From contig JAVHPP010000099.1 in NCBI GenBank assembly GCA_036170655.1, forward strand, positions 1 through 12,027: a stretch of DNA of 12,027 nt, given 5' to 3'. This document shows positions 9,155 through 12,027 of the stretch, in pieces. Position 1 is the first letter of the stretch. The number at the start of each line of letters is the position of its first letter. The stretch comes from Candidatus Zixiibacteriota bacterium. GTDB lineage: Bacteria; Zixibacteria; MSB-5A5; WJJR01. Below the pieces are notes generated by a model, which was not told where the DNA came from, did not search any database, and saw only the letters and a program-made list of their open reading frames with translations. Position numbers and translations under genes: made by a program.

Positions 9155-9178
9155 TCCCACCCTTCGGGTGGGGCACCA
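9155..9178 (-). repeat. Right REP-like hairpin, identical inverted copy
   Basis: Plus strand reads TCCCACCCTTCGGGTGGGGCACCA; lies 40 nt upstream of the RAYT ATG. Confidence 0.9.
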
Positions 9179-9212
9179 GTCATATGGCCTGAATTCCTGG
9201 AGGGTTGTCTTT

Positions 9213-10208
9213 TCACCCCTTCTCCTTCACATCCCCCAGCAGTCGCTCCACAATGTCCACCGTCCCGACGCCATCGGCCTCGGCATTGAACGAGGTGACG
9301 ATCCGGTGCCGCAGCACCGGACGAGCGACCGCGCGGATGTCCTCGACGGACGGCGTCGGACGGCCATCCAAGATCGCACGGCACTTGGCGCCCAGCACGA
9401 GGTATTGCGACGCACGCGGACCGGCGCCCCAGGAGACCCAGTCTTTGACATAGGGCAGCGGCGAGTTTTCGTTGGGACGTGTGGCGCGGGCCAGACTGAC
9501 CGCATACGACACGAGATGATCGGAAACGGGCACCCGGCGAACCAATTGCTGAAAGGACTTGATCTTCGCAGCGTCCATCACGATGCGGACATCGGCCACC
9601 ATCGCCGAGGTGGTTGCCTTGACGATCGTGTTCTCTTCGGTCTCGCTGGGATAGTTCACGTTGATGTTGAACATAAATCGGTCGAGCTGTGCTTCGGGCA
9701 AGGGGTAGGTACCCTCCTGCTCGATGGGATTCTGAGTCGCCAGGACAAAGAACGGCTCCTCCAGACGGAATGTCTCGCCGCTGGCAGTAACTTCATGTTC
9801 TTGCATCGCCTGCAACAGCGCGGCCTGCGTCTTTGGCGGAGTCCGGTTGATCTCGTCGGCCAGCACGATGTTGGCAAACACTGGCCCCTTCACAAAGCGG
9901 AACATCCGCTTGCCGGTGGTGTGGTCATCCTCGAGGATCTCGGTGCCGGTAATGTCTGACGGCATCAGATCGGGCGTGAACTGGATGCGCGAAAACTTGA
10001 GATCCAGCACCCGCGCCACGGTGGAAATGAGGAGCGTCTTGGCAAGCCCCGGCACGCCCACCAGAAGGCAGTGCCCGTTGGACAACAACGCGATCAGAAG
10101 CTGTTCGATCACTTCTGTCTGACCAACGATCACTTTGCCGATCTCGGCCCGCAATGTCTGGTATCCGGACTGGAGGTTCTCTACGGCCTTCAGGTCATTT
10201 TCGGACAT
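9213..10208 (-). CDS. moxR: MoxR-family AAA+ ATPase, 331 aa
   Basis: Walker A GVPGLAKT, RIQFTPDLMPSDITG, Walker B LADEINRTPPKTQAALLQAMQE, ATQNPIEQEGTYPLPEAQLDRF, WGAGPRA and LRHRI. An AAGGAG lies upstream at 10226..10221. Confidence 0.96.
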   Translation of the reverse strand: MSENDLKAVENLQSGYQTLRAEIGKVIVGQTEVIEQLLIALLSNGHCLLVGVPGLAKTLLISTVARVLDLKFSRIQFTPDLMPSDITGTEILEDDHTTGKRMFRFVKGPVFANIVLADEINRTPPKTQAALLQAMQEHEVTASGETFRLEEPFFVLATQNPIEQEGTYPLPEAQLDRFMFNINVNYPSETEENTIVKATTSAMVADVRIVMDAAKIKSFQQLVRRVPVSDHLVSYAVSLARATRPNENSPLPYVKDWVSWGAGPRASQYLVLGAKCRAILDGRPTPSVEDIRAVARPVLRHRIVTSFNAEADGVGTVDIVERLLGDVKEKG

Positions 10209-10306
10209 GGCTGAACAGCGCTCCTTCGGGGGTCAAATGGTTCATCATGAATGGTTCACCATAAAATGGCCACGCCGCCGGACTCTTCACGAAGGCGTAA
10301 ACTTTA

Positions 10307-10336
10307 AGTATCCACACACCGACGGCTCGGAGTCAA
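10307..10336 (-). promoter_or_regulatory. Putative sigma70 promoter for the moxR cluster
   Basis: Minus strand TTGACT (10336..10331), 18-nt spacer, GATACT (10312..10307), within the 215-bp intergenic region. Confidence 0.45.
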
Positions 10337-10423
10337 TTGTTTTGCCGACCGGCTCAAGATTGTGTTACGCCGTGAACTCGCGGTTGTTCCCGGATTCCAG
10401 GCAAGACTCGCTGAGGACCATGT

Positions 10424-11101
10424 TTAACGGATGACAATCCGTCCGGAGTCGACATAGAGATAGCGTGAATAATCGCCTGTGGCATCGCCGCCGGTGCGGA
10501 GCGTGTCCACCTGGACGAACGACAGCCAGCGTCGGCCGGCACTGATGTAATGGAACAGGTCCGTCGATCCCTGTCGTACCTCGACGCTGAATGTCGCGCG
10601 ATCCAGCACCGCCTTGGCTTTGGTCTGCGGGAAGAAGTCGATGCGGCAGAGCTTGAAGTAATCACCCAGGCCGAGGGACCGAAGGCGAGGAGACCACTGG
10701 ATGCGCTCGCCTTCAAGTTGGAACGTCGCATCATGGACGGGGAACACCTCCAAAGCCTCCCGCCCTTCCCGGTCGAGAGAACCATACACGAGACGTGGCG
10801 AACCGCCCTTCGCTTGGAAGATGGATATCGTACCCAACGGCACGCCCGAAACCACGGGTGAGTATAGGCGCAGTTCGCTGTTCACCCAAAATGTCAGATT
10901 GCCAAAACCGATCAGAACCAACGCGGCCAAGAGCGACAGCGCCCGGCGAAAATCGGTCAGCCAGCCCCTCGACAGGCGTCTCCTCCCACGCGAATCCAGC
11001 CGCATGGAACGGAAGATGTTCAGGATGATGAAAATCAGGATCGAGACGCCTATGAGAAATATGGCGCTGGCGACCACCGGAAGGATAGCATCAAATAGCA
11101 C
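10424..11101 (-). CDS. Hypothetical membrane protein with two N-terminal TM helices and a soluble beta-rich domain (~225 aa; ORF is open to 11140)
   Basis: Hydrophobic segments ILPVVASAIFLIGVSILIFIILNIF and ALSLLAALVLIGFGNLTFWV are separated by an Arg-rich loop. The GTG at 11101 has GGAAGG 5 nt upstream, whereas the GTG at 11140 lies inside a palindrome. Confidence 0.75.
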   Translation of the reverse strand: MLFDAILPVVASAIFLIGVSILIFIILNIFRSMRLDSRGRRRLSRGWLTDFRRALSLLAALVLIGFGNLTFWVNSELRLYSPVVSGVPLGTISIFQAKGGSPRLVYGSLDREGREALEVFPVHDATFQLEGERIQWSPRLRSLGLGDYFKLCRIDFFPQTKAKAVLDRATFSVEVRQGSTDLFHYISAGRRWLSFVQVDTLRTGGDATGDYSRYLYVDSGRIVIR

Positions 11102-11131
11102 GGTTGCCTTCCAAGCATAGACCCCAACCCA

Positions 11132-11156
11132 GTTTTCCACATCGGATGTGGAAAAC
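11132..11156. promoter_or_regulatory. Perfect 25-bp palindrome containing two inverted DnaA-box consensus 9-mers
   Basis: GTTTTCCACATC-G-GATGTGGAAAAC. TTTTCCACA (11133-11141) and TGTGGAAAA (11147-11155) both match TTWTNCACA. Confidence 0.55.
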
Positions 11157-11198
11157 CGGACCGCTACGAACGCTCACCGGCCACTAATTGATTGCCGT

Positions 11199-11741
11199 TC
11201 AGCCGATTAAGCGCTTTTCCACAGGCCGCCGGTCGTTTTGAACATCCGGTCCACCCAGTGGGGAGCCAGTGGCCCCTTGTCGTATTCTTTCGGCTGTATT
11301 GAGTGGAGCTTTAGTCTGAACGACTCCTCCCGAAGAGTCAGATTTTTGCCCCATTGAAACTTGCGAAGGCGGAGACTTCATGTTGCAGTTACCGTGGAAG
11401 ATGGCTCCCTGTTCGATAACAAGCGATTTTGTGGTCAAGTCACCGGTAATATCGGCTTTGGCCTGAAGTTCGATCCGTTCGGTGGCGTGGATATTCCCTT
11501 TCACAGCGCCGGACACCACGGCGTTCTTGGTGTTGACATTCGCGTCGACTTCCCCCGTCGGGCCAATGGCAATCGTGTCAGTCACGGTGACTTCGCCCTT
11601 GAGTACGCCGTCGACACGCAGGGTGCCAGCCACTTGGAGTGTACCGGTAAAAACCGTGTCTTTGCCGATGAGAGTATTCACCTTATCTCCCCCTGAGTCC
11701 CCCATGACGGCATCATCGTCCTTGGGTCTGAATACGGCCAT
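11199..11741 (-). CDS. Bactofilin (polymer-forming cytoskeletal protein, CcmA/BacA family); ORF is open to the GTG at 11753
   Basis: NTLIGKDTVFTGTL...LRVDGVLKGEV...IGPTGEVDANV...VVSGAVKGNIHATERIEL...ITGDLTTKSLVIEQGAIFHGNCNM is the bactofilin beta-helix. The ATG at 11741 has better SD spacing than the GTG at 11753. Confidence 0.95.
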   Translation of the reverse strand: MAVFRPKDDDAVMGDSGGDKVNTLIGKDTVFTGTLQVAGTLRVDGVLKGEVTVTDTIAIGPTGEVDANVNTKNAVVSGAVKGNIHATERIELQAKADITGDLTTKSLVIEQGAIFHGNCNMKSPPSQVSMGQKSDSSGGVVQTKAPLNTAERIRQGATGSPLGGPDVQNDRRPVEKRLIG

Positions 11742-11980
11742 AATCGTCCCCACCTTCTCCCCGCGCGCTACCGAACCGTGATCGGCTCAGGAGTCCCCTG
11801 TTAAGTTACCACTCGCCAGCGCGGGCCGTCCAGAACAAAATGTCGGCAAAAAAGCGGCATCCTGCACATTTTCGACCCCCGGCGTGGGCCACCAGCACCC
11901 CGCGGAGCGATGGCTCAGGCATGGTCACCAGATCGCATTCCCTCTCCCCATTGGCGACAAGGGAGATGCAGCGCCGCGTA

Positions 11981-12027
11981 CAAAGGCAAAGTGGGATGCC
12001 CCGCCGGGCGGCGGGACATCCCACTTT
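11981..12027 (-). terminator. Probable intrinsic terminator of an upstream minus-strand gene outside the window
   Basis: AAAGTGGGATG (11988-11998) pairs with CATCCCACTTT (12017-12027), plus CCCGCC/GGCGGG. The single C/A mismatch becomes a U-G pair only on the minus strand, where the stem ends in UUUGCCUUUG. Confidence 0.65.

Larger units (their letters stand above)
8550..9178 (-). mobile_element. Compact RAYT element: transposase between perfect 24-bp inverted REP-like ends (outer limits may be 8544..9184)
   Basis: 8550-8573 is the exact reverse complement of 9155-9178, and only the RAYT gene lies between them. Sampled 60-nt lines inside the element are 30/60 GC (8581-8640 and 9001-9060), against 44/60 in one sampled moxR line (9301-9360). 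Confidence 0.75.

Noticed and set aside
8550..9178. CRISPR repeats or classical DDE IS terminal repeats
   Set aside because: There are only two copies and they are inverted, with no spacers or cas genes. The enzyme is HUH, and no duplication directly abuts the repeats.
7416..9959. Plus-strand ORFs 7416..8240 and 9108..9959
   Set aside because: They are antisense to DUF58 and moxR. The PTLRVGHQS peptide shared by 9108..9959 and 8402..8722 is mostly just the translated 24-bp repeat.
10308..10316. GTATCCACA, a one-mismatch DnaA box over the putative moxR -10
   Set aside because: A single imperfect 9-mer is expected by chance; it is relevant only if the 11133-11223 cluster proves DnaA-bound.
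11806..12024. 72-aa minus-strand ORF
   Set aside because: It starts inside the terminator hairpin, has atypical Cys/Arg-rich composition and occupies the likely bactofilin promoter region.

Overview
GC-rich bacterial window with ten plausible CDS, all on the minus strand. In transcription order (right to left): bactofilin; a two-TM membrane protein; MoxR AAA+ ATPase; a REP-associated HUH/Y1 tyrosine transposase (RAYT); an orphan 112-aa ORF; DUF58; endonuclease IV (nfo); an exported TPR protein with a degenerate peptidase-MA-like domain; a BatA/vWA membrane protein; and an ABC-F ATPase. The most interesting feature is a compact ~630-640 bp element inside the MoxR-DUF58-vWA cluster. It is a RAYT gene bracketed by a perfect 24-bp inverted pair of REP-like hairpins (TGGTGCCCCACCC-GAA-GGGTGGGA) with a non-GTAG head and a CAT at the same offset beyond each end. 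Removing it gives an empty site that restores a ribosome-binding site for the orphan ORF. It therefore looks like a RAYT that moved as a unit. Also present: a different, canonical GTAG REP doublet at the left edge; a 25-bp palindrome made of two DnaA-box consensus 9-mers, with a third 60 bp away; a 14-bp tandem repeat in the moxR leader; and a terminator hairpin at the right edge. All family calls come from motif recognition by eye; no database searches were run.
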